Positions 1 through 9,796 are shown, counted from the first letter of the stretch. The stretch: 64,000 nucleotides of DNA from a candidate division FCPU426 bacterium (GCA_963847625.1 CAWKAR010000023.1:25290-89289); one strand, 5' to 3'. The notes: generated by a model not told the origin, from the sequence alone. Program-made: numbers and translations.

Positions 1-24
1 TCATGACCCAGGGTAGCAGATATT

Positions 25-858
25 TCACGGTTTGCGCTTCTCCTTGTGCTTGTGGTGTCCGGGCCGCTCGGAATAATCCGGTTCCTTCAAAGGCCACGGC
101 ATGTACTTGGCCAGCCACAGCGCCCGGCTGGGGTTGAAGGGGTAGAAATTGGCGTCGGCGTAGTCGTGGACCTCGAAAAACAGGTGGGTGGAAACGCGCT
201 TTTCATGCACGTCCTCGCCCGTGCGGCCCACCCAGCCGATGACTTGGCCCTTGCTGACCACCTGGCCCAGGCCCACCTTCAGCTTGGCCAGGCGGGAATA
301 GATGAAAAGGCGGCCGTCCTCCTGGTCCAGGACGCAAACATAAACGCCTTCCTTATTGATGTCGCCAGGCTTCCAGTAGGGCTGGGTGGAGACCACCAGG
401 CCGTCCATGGCCGAAAGCACGGCCACTTTCTTTTTTGTCTTGTCGTCCAGGCCGTCCCGCTCCTTGTCATGGATGTAGATGTTCACCCCGGGGTGCCCCT
501 TGCGCTTGTGCCCGTCGTAGAAACGGTAGCCCGCGGCCCGGTAGCTGTTGGATTTGAAGCTTTTCTTGGTGCCGCCGGCCACCGGAAAGACCCACTGCCA
601 CCGCCCCTGGCGGGGGGAGGGCACCTCGTCCACGCGCACCTGGGGCCAGAGCTTCTTGAAGATGGCGCGGGCGGCCTTGGGCTCGATGGAGCCGTCCCTG
701 AGGTAATGCTCGGTCTTCTCCCACAACCTTAACGACTCCATTTGGGGCTCGCCGGTGTAGGTGGAGGTCGCCCGGGCGGAATCACCCGGCGCTAGGCAAA
801 GACAGGCCAGGATCAGCGCGCTTCCAAGAAGTGCCATTTTCCCGACTTCTTTCGCCAT
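25..858 (-). CDS. Exported M23/LytM-family peptidase-like protein with degenerate Zn ligands
   Basis: Signal peptide; LytM-like blocks (VLSAMDGLVV, VKVG..VSKGQVIGWVGRTG-type); HxxxD reads HPGVN and HxH reads HLF. Start taken at ATG 858 (837 also possible). Confidence 0.75.
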   Translation of the reverse strand: MAKEVGKMALLGSALILACLCLAPGDSARATSTYTGEPQMESLRLWEKTEHYLRDGSIEPKAARAIFKKLWPQVRVDEVPSPRQGRWQWVFPVAGGTKKSFKSNSYRAAGYRFYDGHKRKGHPGVNIYIHDKERDGLDDKTKKKVAVLSAMDGLVVSTQPYWKPGDINKEGVYVCVLDQEDGRLFIYSRLAKLKVGLGQVVSKGQVIGWVGRTGEDVHEKRVSTHLFFEVHDYADANFYPFNPSRALWLAKYMPWPLKEPDYSERPGHHKHKEKRKP

Positions 859-1664
859 GTGACCCTCAAGCCCGCCTTGCGGCAGCATAAAGAGGCTTCC
901 CGCGCCTCTGAAAATCCGTGGATGCCGGACATCCACAGCCGCCCGCCTTTTTTCAGGCGGCTTTTCAGGGAAGAAATAATTTTCTTGAGCACCGGAAAGG
1001 TGAGGTTCGCCAGAATCAGGGGAAACTTTTCCCCGCGTTTAAGCTTTGCGTAAGGAAAGGCGCCTTCCACGATCAGGAAGTAGCCTCCCACCGCGCCCGC
1101 AACTCCGCCAATTCCAAGTGCCAGCATTCCCGTATCATTGGTCGTAGTCGCATTGCCGTAGTCATCGTAGGTTGTATTACCCATGGCATATATTAAAAAC
1201 CCCACAATACTCGCAGCAATACCCAGCGAAAACAGAATGACTCCCCCTAAAGCCTCCCCCGGATTGGCGTTTTTAACTTGCCAGTATTGCGTCCCGCCCT
1301 CAGCCGACACTGTAAATTTAGCGCCTAACATCGCGTTATTCGTGACATGAAAGTGATAATAACCGTTTTCCAGTTTAAGTTCCGCGGGGGCATCGCAGAT
1401 TTGCTTCAAGTCGACTTCATGGCCGCTGGCAGAACCCCCGTACCCCACTATATAAGCGTTTGATTCGCCGAGCAGTTCATAAATACCGACTAATTGATCG
1501 TTCGGGGTTTGAAAAACAATCTTGGTGCTTCCTTCCTTAACGGCTTTCTTTCCCCTTTGTTTGATCACCTTGATATTCTGCGCGTTCCCGGCAAGGGGTA
1601 ACAAAAGAACCGCCATGACCATCAAAATCCTTAAAAAAACCAATTTCCCAAAGGCCTTTTTCAT
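813..1664 (-). CDS. Chimeric hypothetical membrane protein: signal peptide and two TM helices fused to a PrmA-like methyltransferase C-terminal fragment
   Basis: ATG 1664 follows an AGGAGG RBS; the tail KFPLILANL...LKKGGRLWMSGI...GKWHFLEAR resembles the PrmA C-terminus. Confidence 0.5.
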   Translation of the reverse strand: MKKAFGKLVFLRILMVMAVLLLPLAGNAQNIKVIKQRGKKAVKEGSTKIVFQTPNDQLVGIYELLGESNAYIVGYGGSASGHEVDLKQICDAPAELKLENGYYHFHVTNNAMLGAKFTVSAEGGTQYWQVKNANPGEALGGVILFSLGIAASIVGFLIYAMGNTTYDDYGNATTTNDTGMLALGIGGVAGAVGGYFLIVEGAFPYAKLKRGEKFPLILANLTFPVLKKIISSLKSRLKKGGRLWMSGIHGFSEAREASLCCRKAGLRVTWRKKSGKWHFLEAR

Positions 1665-1734
1665 ATCGCCTCCTTTTCGGATATAAAATCTATTTCCCTT
1701 AATTTCCCAAACGATCTTACCCGGCGAAAAACTT

Positions 1735-1965
1735 TTATTTATTCTTAGGCAACACCAGGGGCGAAACCTGCTTCGCTCCCCGTTGGGCCGTCCCACCCAC
1801 CTTGCGGACAGGCTTTGCCTTTTTCAAATGGCGGCCCATGGCATGGTCCTTCTCATGCTCCAGGACCCACTGGGGTTTTTCCTTTTTCTGGATAGGTGCC
1901 GCCCAGGATACCGTCCCCGCTGACGCCGCGAACAGGATGACTGCCGCCAATAGGATTTTTTTCAT
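1735..1965 (-). CDS. Small secreted basic hypothetical protein
   Basis: AGGAG RBS, MKKILL...SWA signal peptide, 76 aa. Confidence 0.55.
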   Translation of the reverse strand: MKKILLAAVILFAASAGTVSWAAPIQKKEKPQWVLEHEKDHAMGRHLKKAKPVRKVGGTAQRGAKQVSPLVLPKNK

Positions 1966-2040
1966 GTTTTTAACTCCTTAAATGAGGTTGAAACTAGACT
2001 ACTGTTTTTCCTGAATTACACCGTTCGATTGGAACCATTC

Positions 2041-3471
2041 CTAATTGGTCACAGTACATCCCGCTCCTGTGAGCGTTGATATTTCGGTCGGCACGTTCAC
2101 GTTCGTCAGGGGGTTGCCCGTGATGTAAATACTGGCTACATTGGCGCCCAGATGCGTGTTGCTCACCAGGGCCGCCAAATCCTGGATTTGGTTGTTTTCC
2201 AGGTACAGATTACTTAGTTTCACCAGTCCCGTTAAACTCGACAGGATGGCGATGGAGTTTTGATCCAGATAGAGGTACACCAGGTTTGCGTCGGTCGACA
2301 AAACGGAAATATCCGAAATGTTGTTGTAATCAAGGTTCAGTCTATACAAATTCGTCATCCCGGTCAGGACCGTGATGGTGCTGACCGTGTTGTTGTAGAG
2401 GTCTAGGGAATACAGGTTCAACCCGGACAAGAAGGATATATCTGTGATGGAATCTCCATCTAATGATAGGTCCTGGAGGTTCGTCAAACCGGATATGACC
2501 GTCGTGTAGGTGCTGAGCGGGTTGTACGAAAGGTCCAGGTACTGCAAATTCGTCATCCCGGACAGGATCGAGATGTCACTGACCAGGTTGTTCATGAGGT
2601 TCAGGTCAGTCAGGTTCAACCCGGACAGGAAGGATAGGCTCGAGATGGAATCGCCCTCCAAATAAATGCTCCAGAGGCTTGTCAAACCGGACAGGACCGA
2701 GAGGTTGCTGATCGTGCTTGGGTCATGCGAAAGGTCTATATCGGTCAATTGCGTCATGCCGGACAGGAAGGAAATGTCCGTGATGTTAACATACTCTAAT
2801 TCAAGGTATTGGAGGTTCGTCAGAACGGATACCGCCGCGATGTTAGTGATTCCCGCGTCGTGATTAAGGTTCAGAGCCCACAATCCGGTGAGGCCTAATA
2901 TGGGGGTGAGGTCGGTAAAGCTGTTGCCTGCCAGGTCCAGGGCGGTCACTCCGGCGCAATATTCCAGGCCGGTCAGGTCCCCGATCGTGACGTAAGTGGC
3001 ATTTAAAGAAGTGATGGTGGCCATGTCGGCGGGCGTGATGGGGACCGACGAGTTCGCGATGATCCCGTTATTGATCAATACGGTTTGAACCGCGTGCAAA
3101 AGGTTCGGGTCCGGGATATTGACCACCGAGGCGGTGGACGTGACGGTGGCTGTGGGGGTGGCCGTGGAGGTGGGGGTCCCCGTGAAGGTGGGGGTGCCCG
3201 TGGGGGTGGGTGTGTCCGTGGGGAGGCTAGTTTTAGTATTGATCGCGGTAGAGGTGGACGTGATGGTGGGCGTGGCGGTCGGTTTTTTTGAGCCGGGGGG
3301 GGATGAGGGATTATTGCTGGAACTGCAGGCGCCGGTCAGGCCGATTATCGATGCGAGGATCAGGAAGACAAACCAAATGGATTTGTTGAACTTGCCGACC
3401 CTCCTTGAAGCTTTCAAGGTTGTCGGTATAGCACCGATTTCCATCTCAGTTTTTATTGTGTATCGGCGCAT
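2041..3471 (-). CDS. Internalin-like leucine-rich-repeat lipoprotein with Pro/Thr linker
   Basis: Lipobox LTGAC, TPT-rich linker, IPDPNL cap, about 12 LRRs of the form LxxLxLxxNxIxDIxxLxxL; start uncertain (3471 or 3444). Confidence 0.85.
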   Translation of the reverse strand: MRRYTIKTEMEIGAIPTTLKASRRVGKFNKSIWFVFLILASIIGLTGACSSSNNPSSPPGSKKPTATPTITSTSTAINTKTSLPTDTPTPTGTPTFTGTPTSTATPTATVTSTASVVNIPDPNLLHAVQTVLINNGIIANSSVPITPADMATITSLNATYVTIGDLTGLEYCAGVTALDLAGNSFTDLTPILGLTGLWALNLNHDAGITNIAAVSVLTNLQYLELEYVNITDISFLSGMTQLTDIDLSHDPSTISNLSVLSGLTSLWSIYLEGDSISSLSFLSGLNLTDLNLMNNLVSDISILSGMTNLQYLDLSYNPLSTYTTVISGLTNLQDLSLDGDSITDISFLSGLNLYSLDLYNNTVSTITVLTGMTNLYRLNLDYNNISDISVLSTDANLVYLYLDQNSIAILSSLTGLVKLSNLYLENNQIQDLAALVSNTHLGANVASIYITGNPLTNVNVPTEISTLTGAGCTVTN

Positions 3472-3642
3472 AGGGAGCCTCCCGAAATAAAAATAATTTC
3501 CGGATAGCCTGCGCCTGAAGGCTTCGGCTTTACCGCTCCCCTGCAACGAGAGGTATATTATCCAGTTTCCAACAAAATTGAAAAAAAACAGGTTAAACGG
3601 GTGACTAGCGGGATTTATTGGAAATTGTAAGAGGACTTGTTC

Positions 3643-4602
3643 CTAATTCAAGGGCAGAAGGTCGGGCACTTCGTAGGCCTGGATCACGTGCTGGCTTCCG
3701 GAGCGGCAAACCCAGGTGGCGGGTTGTAAAAATCCCTTCGAGCGCAGTTGCGAGGGCGTGTAGGGGCCTTCCCAATTGTCGTTGCGGTAAACCATGAAGG
3801 CGGACCCGTTATCGGAATGCTCGGAAGCCGCGGATAACTTGAAGAATCCCTCTTTTTTCCCTTCCTCCGGCAGGATCAGCGATTGAATATCCGTTTTCAT
3901 CGACACGGACAACTTCTCGGTTTCAGGAATATGGCCTACTGCGGGAGTAGAAACACCAACCTCCCGTTCCTTCGGCTTGGAGCTGGATGGTTCCACGGTC
4001 TTCCCCTTCGTGGACACCAAAGTGATCAAGTCCTCATCGGCCTTGAGACGGCGGATTTCCCCGGTCAATTGCTCGATGCGCATGGGGTCGGGCGCCGGCT
4101 TCCCCATCTCATTTTCCAGCTCGATGCGTTTAACGTGAAGAGGGTAGGATTTTTTGAGGGTCTTGAAGCATTGTTTTATTTCCGGATCGACGGGGTCCGA
4201 CTGGAGGGTCATGAGGTTCAACGCGATGGAATAGGCCAGTTCCGCGTTATCGAACTTAAGATTGGGTTGGTCCCCTATATTACGGTTGAAAAGCTTGATG
4301 GCATCGAGGTAAACCCCGTAGGCCGTCCGGTATTCCTTTTCTTCCTGGTAATACTTACCCACCAAGTAATGGCACTGGAGGTCGAAGACGTCGTCAGGGG
4401 AGAGGGTTTCAAACATTTTCAGGGCTTCGACGATATGGTTTTCCTGGTTCTTAGGATTCGCAAAGCGGTTCAACAGGCAGAAATTGATGAATTGGGTTTT
4501 AAGGGCGTGGTCGCGGGGGTTGTTCTGGATGGCGGTCTTAAACCGCTTGTATTGGGCCGAGAAATTGTTGTTCTTCCCGAAAAGTTGGTTTAAAAAAGCC
4601 AT
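3643..4602 (-). CDS. Hypothetical protein: TPR-like N-terminus, C-terminal GYF_2-like domain
   Basis: Helical repeat-like N-half; C-terminal ...WEGPYTPSQLRSKGFLQPATWVCRSG...AYEVPDL. Confidence 0.6.
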   Translation of the reverse strand: MAFLNQLFGKNNNFSAQYKRFKTAIQNNPRDHALKTQFINFCLLNRFANPKNQENHIVEALKMFETLSPDDVFDLQCHYLVGKYYQEEKEYRTAYGVYLDAIKLFNRNIGDQPNLKFDNAELAYSIALNLMTLQSDPVDPEIKQCFKTLKKSYPLHVKRIELENEMGKPAPDPMRIEQLTGEIRRLKADEDLITLVSTKGKTVEPSSSKPKEREVGVSTPAVGHIPETEKLSVSMKTDIQSLILPEEGKKEGFFKLSAASEHSDNGSAFMVYRNDNWEGPYTPSQLRSKGFLQPATWVCRSGSQHVIQAYEVPDLLPLN

Positions 4603-4640
4603 GGGGCCTCTTCCTTGATATTAAAAGCCGAGCCTGGAGG

Positions 4641-5177
4641 TTAGAGCCACGTCCATGGTTTTAGCATCCTGACGAACCACCGTGATTTCCCGGGTTCTTT
4701 GACTTTTAGGGTATCCGCAAGGCCCTGATCCACCCGGGGTTCCTCAAGACCCGCTTCCGCCCGGGGTACCTCAAGGCTCTTACTCGTCCGGCGTTTCCCT
4801 CTTCCCTTGACCGCCCGGATTTTTCCAAACCCCTGCTGGACAGCCTGTTCCACGTCCGGGAAGGATTTTAGAATGGTGTGGAATTCCAAAAGATAGTACG
4901 TATCCGTCACTTCTTGGCACATGGAGGTGAGAAACAGGTTTCCTTTTTGATTCCGGATGCGCTTGAGCTCGGCGATGAAAATGCCCCAACCCGCGCTGGA
5001 GATGTAGTTGACCTCTTTCAGGTCGATGATCAGGTTGAACCTTTTCTTGGCCAGGACCGACTGGAAGGTCTTCTCGAATTCCGGCGCGGTCGTCGTGTCG
5101 ATGAACCCCTTGACCGAGAGCAGGGTGATGTCCTTGTGCTGGGGATGCGCCGAAGCGGTGACTGTGATATTAGGCAT
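4641..5177 (-). CDS. STAS-domain anti-sigma factor antagonist
   Basis: VKGFIDTTTAPEF, IIDLKEVNYISSAGWG. Confidence 0.85.
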   Translation of the reverse strand: MPNITVTASAHPQHKDITLLSVKGFIDTTTAPEFEKTFQSVLAKKRFNLIIDLKEVNYISSAGWGIFIAELKRIRNQKGNLFLTSMCQEVTDTYYLLEFHTILKSFPDVEQAVQQGFGKIRAVKGRGKRRTSKSLEVPRAEAGLEEPRVDQGLADTLKVKEPGKSRWFVRMLKPWTWL

Positions 5178-5342
5178 GGTTCCTCTAAAAATATCTGGCT
5201 GAAAGTGGGAGAGTATTATTGCCTTTCTTCGCCGTTGCTTGCAACCCCCTGTTAAAAACAAAAAAACGATTTCACTAGAATTTACAAAAGTAAAACGGCT
5301 ATCCCAATCCCCAAAAAAATACGTTGAATGAACCCCCTAAAT

Positions 5343-5378
5343 AAAAAAACCCCGCCCCACTAACCGTGGGGCGAGGTC
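5343..5378 (-). terminator. Intrinsic terminator after beta-barrel gene 1
   Basis: CGCCCCAC/GTGGGGCG stem next to an A-run (U-tract on the minus strand). Confidence 0.75.
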
Positions 5379-5401
5379 TTAAAACGAACGTTAAATCAAT
5401 A

Positions 5402-6100
5402 TCACTGGAAAGAAAAATTGATACCAGCCTGGATCGGCAGGAGCATGATTGGGCTGTCGTTTGTAGTCTCAGGCTTGGTTGAACCGCTTGCGACATTCGG
5501 GGCGAAATCCATCGCCAATTTGCCTTGCACGAAAATATTCATGCTATCCCCGGCCTTGAAGGCGACTCCGAAACCCGGATCCACCTCAAGATTGGTCCAG
5601 CTCTCGTTGGGGATGGTATAAGTTCCGGAATGACCCTGGTAAGTCGCGGTGACGGTGCCACCGATCGAATCCATGGCCAAGCCGACTCCCAATAGAAAAT
5701 AGGGTTTTACCGAACCGTCGCCGGTATTGATATTGTATTGGCCGACCAATTCAACCGGTATATGGTTCAAAGGCGGAATTGTGGCGGTCAGGCCGGCAGG
5801 CGGGGGAAAACCCAAATACTGTGTCATTATTTTAGTCAAGCTATAATTCATGGCCGTATAACCGCCTTCCACGCCCAAAGTAAACTCAGGTGAGACAGCA
5901 TATCCCACCATGATCTCTCCGCCGAATCCCATGTCGAAATAGTTCGACATATCACTACTAATGGGAAGGGCAATTCCACCCTCCAACTGTAAAACCACAT
6001 TCCCTTTTGAACTGTTGGTGCTAGCAGTGCTGGCCTCTGCGGCAAACGAAATCGAGGCAGTCATTACCAAGGCAAAAGCAAAAAACAGAATCTTTTTCAT
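5402..6100 (-). CDS. Outer-membrane beta-barrel protein (OmpA-like membrane domain), paralog 1
   Basis: Signal peptide, amphipathic strands (VKPYFLLGVG), C-terminal GINFSFQ. Confidence 0.8.
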   Translation of the reverse strand: MKKILFFAFALVMTASISFAAEASTASTNSSKGNVVLQLEGGIALPISSDMSNYFDMGFGGEIMVGYAVSPEFTLGVEGGYTAMNYSLTKIMTQYLGFPPPAGLTATIPPLNHIPVELVGQYNINTGDGSVKPYFLLGVGLAMDSIGGTVTATYQGHSGTYTIPNESWTNLEVDPGFGVAFKAGDSMNIFVQGKLAMDFAPNVASGSTKPETTNDSPIMLLPIQAGINFSFQ

Positions 6101-6160
6101 CTTTTCCACCTCTCTAACTTGATTTGTTGCCGTTTCAGGGAACCGGCATGTAACCCATTG

Positions 6161-6189
6161 TTTATATGCACTTTTTCAGAATGATTCAA
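6161..6189 (-). promoter_or_regulatory. Sigma70 promoter of beta-barrel gene 1
   Basis: TTGAAT-N17-TATAAA, conserved in front of the paralog. Confidence 0.65.
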
Positions 6190-6223
6190 CCAATAAATCC
6201 TTCCCATCGCAAGCTCCTAAAAC

Positions 6224-6261
6224 AAAAAAAACCCCGCCCCACGGGAGTGGGACGGGGTTTT
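6224..6261 (-). terminator. Intrinsic terminator after beta-barrel gene 2
   Basis: AAAACCCCG.CCCAC/GTGGG.CGGGGTTTT hairpin, homologous to 5343-5378. Confidence 0.75.
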
Positions 6262-6282
6262 AAAACGAACGTTAAATCAATA

Positions 6283-6912
6283 TTACTGGAATAAATAATT
6301 CAAGCCGATCTGGATGGGGATAGAGGCAAGCGGGCTATCATTCCCCTGAGCCTTGTCTCCGGTCGTCGTCTCCATATCCATGCAATATTTCGCCTGGACG
6401 AAGATATTCATGTTGTCCCCGGCCTTGAAAGCGACCCCGATGCCCGGATCAATCTCGGGATTGGTCCAGCTCGTGGTCCATCCCGCTGGAATCGCGGGCG
6501 AAGAACTCACTGAATCCATCGCGATGCCCACTCCCAACACGATATAGGGGGAAACGCCGCCGTCCATGACGATGTTATACTGTCCGACGAGCTCAATGGG
6601 CACATGCCCAACACTCATCGATGTAAATCCGGATTGTAGCATGGAACTTTTAACCGGCGTCATTTCATAACCGCCCTCCAAGCTCAAAGAAAAATCCTTG
6701 GAAAAAGCGTATCCAACCTGAATTTCCCCGCCGCCACCCATGTCGAACATGGAAGCAGCTTGACTGCTCATGGGAATTACGATTCCACCCTGCAACTGTA
6801 GAATTACTTTCCCATCCGAACTACCGGTGTTGCTGGCTTTGCTGGCCTCTGCGGCAAACGAAATCGAGGCAGTCAATGCCAAGGCAAAAGCAAAAAACAG
6901 AATCTTTTTCAT
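6283..6912 (-). CDS. Outer-membrane beta-barrel protein, paralog 2
   Basis: Near-identical signal peptide to 5402-6100; shared HxPxELVGQYN, WTN.E.DPG.GVAFKAGD, C-terminal GLNYLFQ. Confidence 0.8.
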   Translation of the reverse strand: MKKILFFAFALALTASISFAAEASKASNTGSSDGKVILQLQGGIVIPMSSQAASMFDMGGGGEIQVGYAFSKDFSLSLEGGYEMTPVKSSMLQSGFTSMSVGHVPIELVGQYNIVMDGGVSPYIVLGVGIAMDSVSSSPAIPAGWTTSWTNPEIDPGIGVAFKAGDNMNIFVQAKYCMDMETTTGDKAQGNDSPLASIPIQIGLNYLFQ

Positions 6913-7048
6913 CTTTTCCACCTCTCCATTTTGATTTGTTGCCGTTTCAGGGAACCGGCATGTGCCGATCATCTTTAAAAATATATTGAGATCGGTACGA
7001 TACCAATCTCTTTATAAGCTTTATGGAAGATTGGCATGCAACCCATAA

Positions 7049-7077
7049 CTTATATGTACTTTTCCGGGTTGCTTCAA
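7049..7077 (-). promoter_or_regulatory. Sigma70 promoter of beta-barrel gene 2
   Basis: TTGAAG-N17-TATAAG. Confidence 0.6.
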
Positions 7078-7263
7078 GGGCAATAACAGTTTCCATGGCG
7101 GAAATGCCTTGATAATGGCTGTTTTCCAAGTTCTTTTTTACAGGCATTCGAATGATTTTCCCTTTCAAGGCCGCCAACCGGTCCTTGAAACTACCCGTAT
7201 AATCCCTGAGAATCGTTGATTCCAAAAACAATCCGTGCCTTTTAATAAATATGGAGAGTCGGC

Positions 7264-9543
7264 ATGAAAACCCATGGCTCCGAAAAAAGCTCCCTTTCCG
7301 TTACAGTCAAGGGTGTGGTACAGGGTGTGGGTTTCCGCCCCTTCGTGTACCGCCTGGCGGAGCGTTTCCACCTGACCGGCTGGGTGAAGAATTCGCCCCA
7401 GGGCGCCGAGTTGGAAGTGGAAGGGGCGGGTACGGACCTGGAAGCTTTCCTGCTAGCCCTCCAGCAGGAGGCCCCGCCCGGTGCTATTCTCAAGGACCTG
7501 GAAGTCCGATGGGGCAAGCCCAAGGATTTCGCGGGCTTTGAAATTCTCCAAAGCCTGGTGGAAGGCGGCAAGGAAGCCTGGATTCTCCCCGACCTGGCTA
7601 CCTGCCCGGAATGCCTGGCGGAGCTGTTCGACCCGAAGGACCGGCGTTACCGGTATCCCTTCCTCAATTGCACCCATTGCGGGCCCCGTTTTTCCATTAT
7701 CGAAAGCCTTCCCTACGACCGCCCCCGCACCACGATGAAGGTTTTTCCCCTCTGTGACGAGTGCCGCCGGGAGTACGAAGATCCTAAGAACCGTAGGTTC
7801 CATGCCCAACCTACTGCCTGCCCCCAATGCGGGCCCCGGGCTTCTATAAATAGTAATGAAGGTTCAACCCTGGAAGAGAAGGAAGAAGCCCTCCAATATG
7901 CCGTTCAGGCCTTAAAAGAAGGGAAAATACTGGCGGTCAAGGGGCTGGGAGGTTACCACCTTTGGTGCGACGCCCGGAACGAACGGGCCGTGAAAGAACT
8001 CCGGCGCCGCAAAAAACGGGAGGAAAAACCCCTGGCCCTCATGGCGCCCAGCCTGGAATGGGTCAAAAAAGCCTGCGAGGTTTCCCCGGAAGAGGAAAAA
8101 CTGCTGGTTTCGCCCCAGTCGCCAATCGTCCTGCTGAGGCGCCGCGCTGAAACCGATGTGGCGGAGTCCGTGGCCCCGGACAACCCCACCCTGGGCATCA
8201 TGCTTCCCTACGCCCCCCTTCACCATCTGCTGTTGAAAGACCTGGGATTTCCTGTAGTGGCCACCAGCGGCAACCTGTCGGACGAGCCCATCTGCATCGA
8301 CGAAAAGGAAGCGTTCGAGCGGCTCGGCGGCATCGCGGATTACTTCCTGGCCCACAACCGGCCCATCGCCCGGCCCGTGGACGACTCAGTCTGCCGCCTT
8401 CTGGCGGGAGAACCCCAGGTCCTTCGCCGGGCCAGGGGCTACGCCCCCTTGCCGGTGGAAATAGCTTTTACCGGCCGGCCTCTTATGGCCTTCGGCGCCC
8501 ACTTGAAAAACACCGTGGCACTTTACGAGAACGGCAAGGTTTTCCTGAGCCAGCACATCGGCGACCTGGACACCCCCGAGGCCCTGTCCCATTTCAACCG
8601 CGTCGTGGCGGACCTTCCCCGCCTCTACGAAGTGGACCCCTCCCGGGTGGTCTGCGACCTGCATCCCGATTACGCCTCCACCCGGATGGCCGAAAAAACC
8701 GGCAAGATCGTCCAAAGGGTCCAGCACCACGTGGCCCACATCTTCGCCTGCGCGGCCGAGAACCAGGTGGCCTCCCCTTTCCTGGGTGTGGCTTGGGATG
8801 GGGCGGGACTGGGCGAGGATAACACCATTTGGGGTGGTGAATTTTTCCGCGTGGAAAAATCGCAGGTAAAACGGGTGGGGAGGTTTCTTCCCTTCCTTCT
8901 TTTGGGTGGCGACATGGCCGCCCTGGAACCCCGGCGTTCCGCTCTGGGCGTGCTTTATGAAATCTTCGGAAAGGACGTATTTGATAAGGAAGACCTTCCG
9001 TCCTTGGGCTTTTTTACGGCGACGGAAAGGAAGCTCTTGAAATCCATGGCCGAAAAGGGGCTCAATACCCCCAGGACCTCCAGCGCCGGGCGGTTGTTCG
9101 ACGCGGCGGCTTCCTTGACCGGCCTATGCCAGGTTTCCCGCTTCGAGGGCCAGGCCGCCATGAAGATGGAATTCGCCCTGCCCGCCGATCCGGGACCCAG
9201 GACTTATCCCCTGGAATTCCGGGAAGCCGATAAGTTCTGGGAATTGGATTGGCGCCCCTTGATCCAACAGCTTCTCAAGGAAGCCGCCTCAAATATTCCG
9301 GTTCCGGAACTCTCGACGGGCTTCCATAACGGCCTGGCGGAGGGTATTGTGAAGGCAGCCCGCCGCGAGGGTTTGGAGCAGGTGGTCCTATCCGGCGGCT
9401 GTTTCCAGAATAAATACCTCTCAACCCGGGTAATCCAGGGGCTGAAACGGAAAGGCTTCACGCCCTTCTGGCACCGGCAAACACCCCCCAACGACGGGGG
9501 AATCGCCCTGGGCCAGGCCGCTTACACGCTGTGGAAAGGTTGA
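7264..9543 (+). CDS. hypF: Carbamoyltransferase HypF ([NiFe]-hydrogenase maturation)
   Basis: Acylphosphatase GVVQGVGFRP, two Zn fingers (CPEC...CTHC; CDEC...CPQC), TSGNLS, QHHVAH, PPNDGGIALGQ. Confidence 0.97.
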   Translation: MKTHGSEKSSLSVTVKGVVQGVGFRPFVYRLAERFHLTGWVKNSPQGAELEVEGAGTDLEAFLLALQQEAPPGAILKDLEVRWGKPKDFAGFEILQSLVEGGKEAWILPDLATCPECLAELFDPKDRRYRYPFLNCTHCGPRFSIIESLPYDRPRTTMKVFPLCDECRREYEDPKNRRFHAQPTACPQCGPRASINSNEGSTLEEKEEALQYAVQALKEGKILAVKGLGGYHLWCDARNERAVKELRRRKKREEKPLALMAPSLEWVKKACEVSPEEEKLLVSPQSPIVLLRRRAETDVAESVAPDNPTLGIMLPYAPLHHLLLKDLGFPVVATSGNLSDEPICIDEKEAFERLGGIADYFLAHNRPIARPVDDSVCRLLAGEPQVLRRARGYAPLPVEIAFTGRPLMAFGAHLKNTVALYENGKVFLSQHIGDLDTPEALSHFNRVVADLPRLYEVDPSRVVCDLHPDYASTRMAEKTGKIVQRVQHHVAHIFACAAENQVASPFLGVAWDGAGLGEDNTIWGGEFFRVEKSQVKRVGRFLPFLLLGGDMAALEPRRSALGVLYEIFGKDVFDKEDLPSLGFFTATERKLLKSMAEKGLNTPRTSSAGRLFDAAASLTGLCQVSRFEGQAAMKMEFALPADPGPRTYPLEFREADKFWELDWRPLIQQLLKEAASNIPVPELSTGFHNGLAEGIVKAARREGLEQVVLSGGCFQNKYLSTRVIQGLKRKGFTPFWHRQTPPNDGGIALGQAAYTLWKG

Positions 9544-9547
9544 AACC

Positions 9548-9796
9548 ATGTGTCTTGCCATGCCGGGAAAAATAGTCAGCATCCAGGGCCAGGACAACCT
9601 GGGCCTGCGCGCCAAGGTCGATTTCGGAGGAGTGCTCAAGGATGTTTCCCTGGCCTGCCTGCCGGACGCCAAGGTGGGCGAGTACGTGATCGTGCACGTG
9701 GGCATCGCGCTGAGCAAGCTGGACGAGGAAGAGGCCGCCAGGACCCTGGAACTCTTTTCCGAAATATCCAAGCTTGAACTTCAAGAAGGCGCTTAA
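9548..9796 (+). CDS. hypC: HypC/HybG/HupF hydrogenase chaperone
   Basis: MCLAMPGKI...VGEYVIVHVG. Confidence 0.96.
   Translation: MCLAMPGKIVSIQGQDNLGLRAKVDFGGVLKDVSLACLPDAKVGEYVIVHVGIALSKLDEEEAARTLELFSEISKLELQEGA

Noticed and set aside
3120..3310. GT-rich repeats as a DNA repeat element
   Set aside because: Explained by the Pro/Thr linker codons of the LRR lipoprotein
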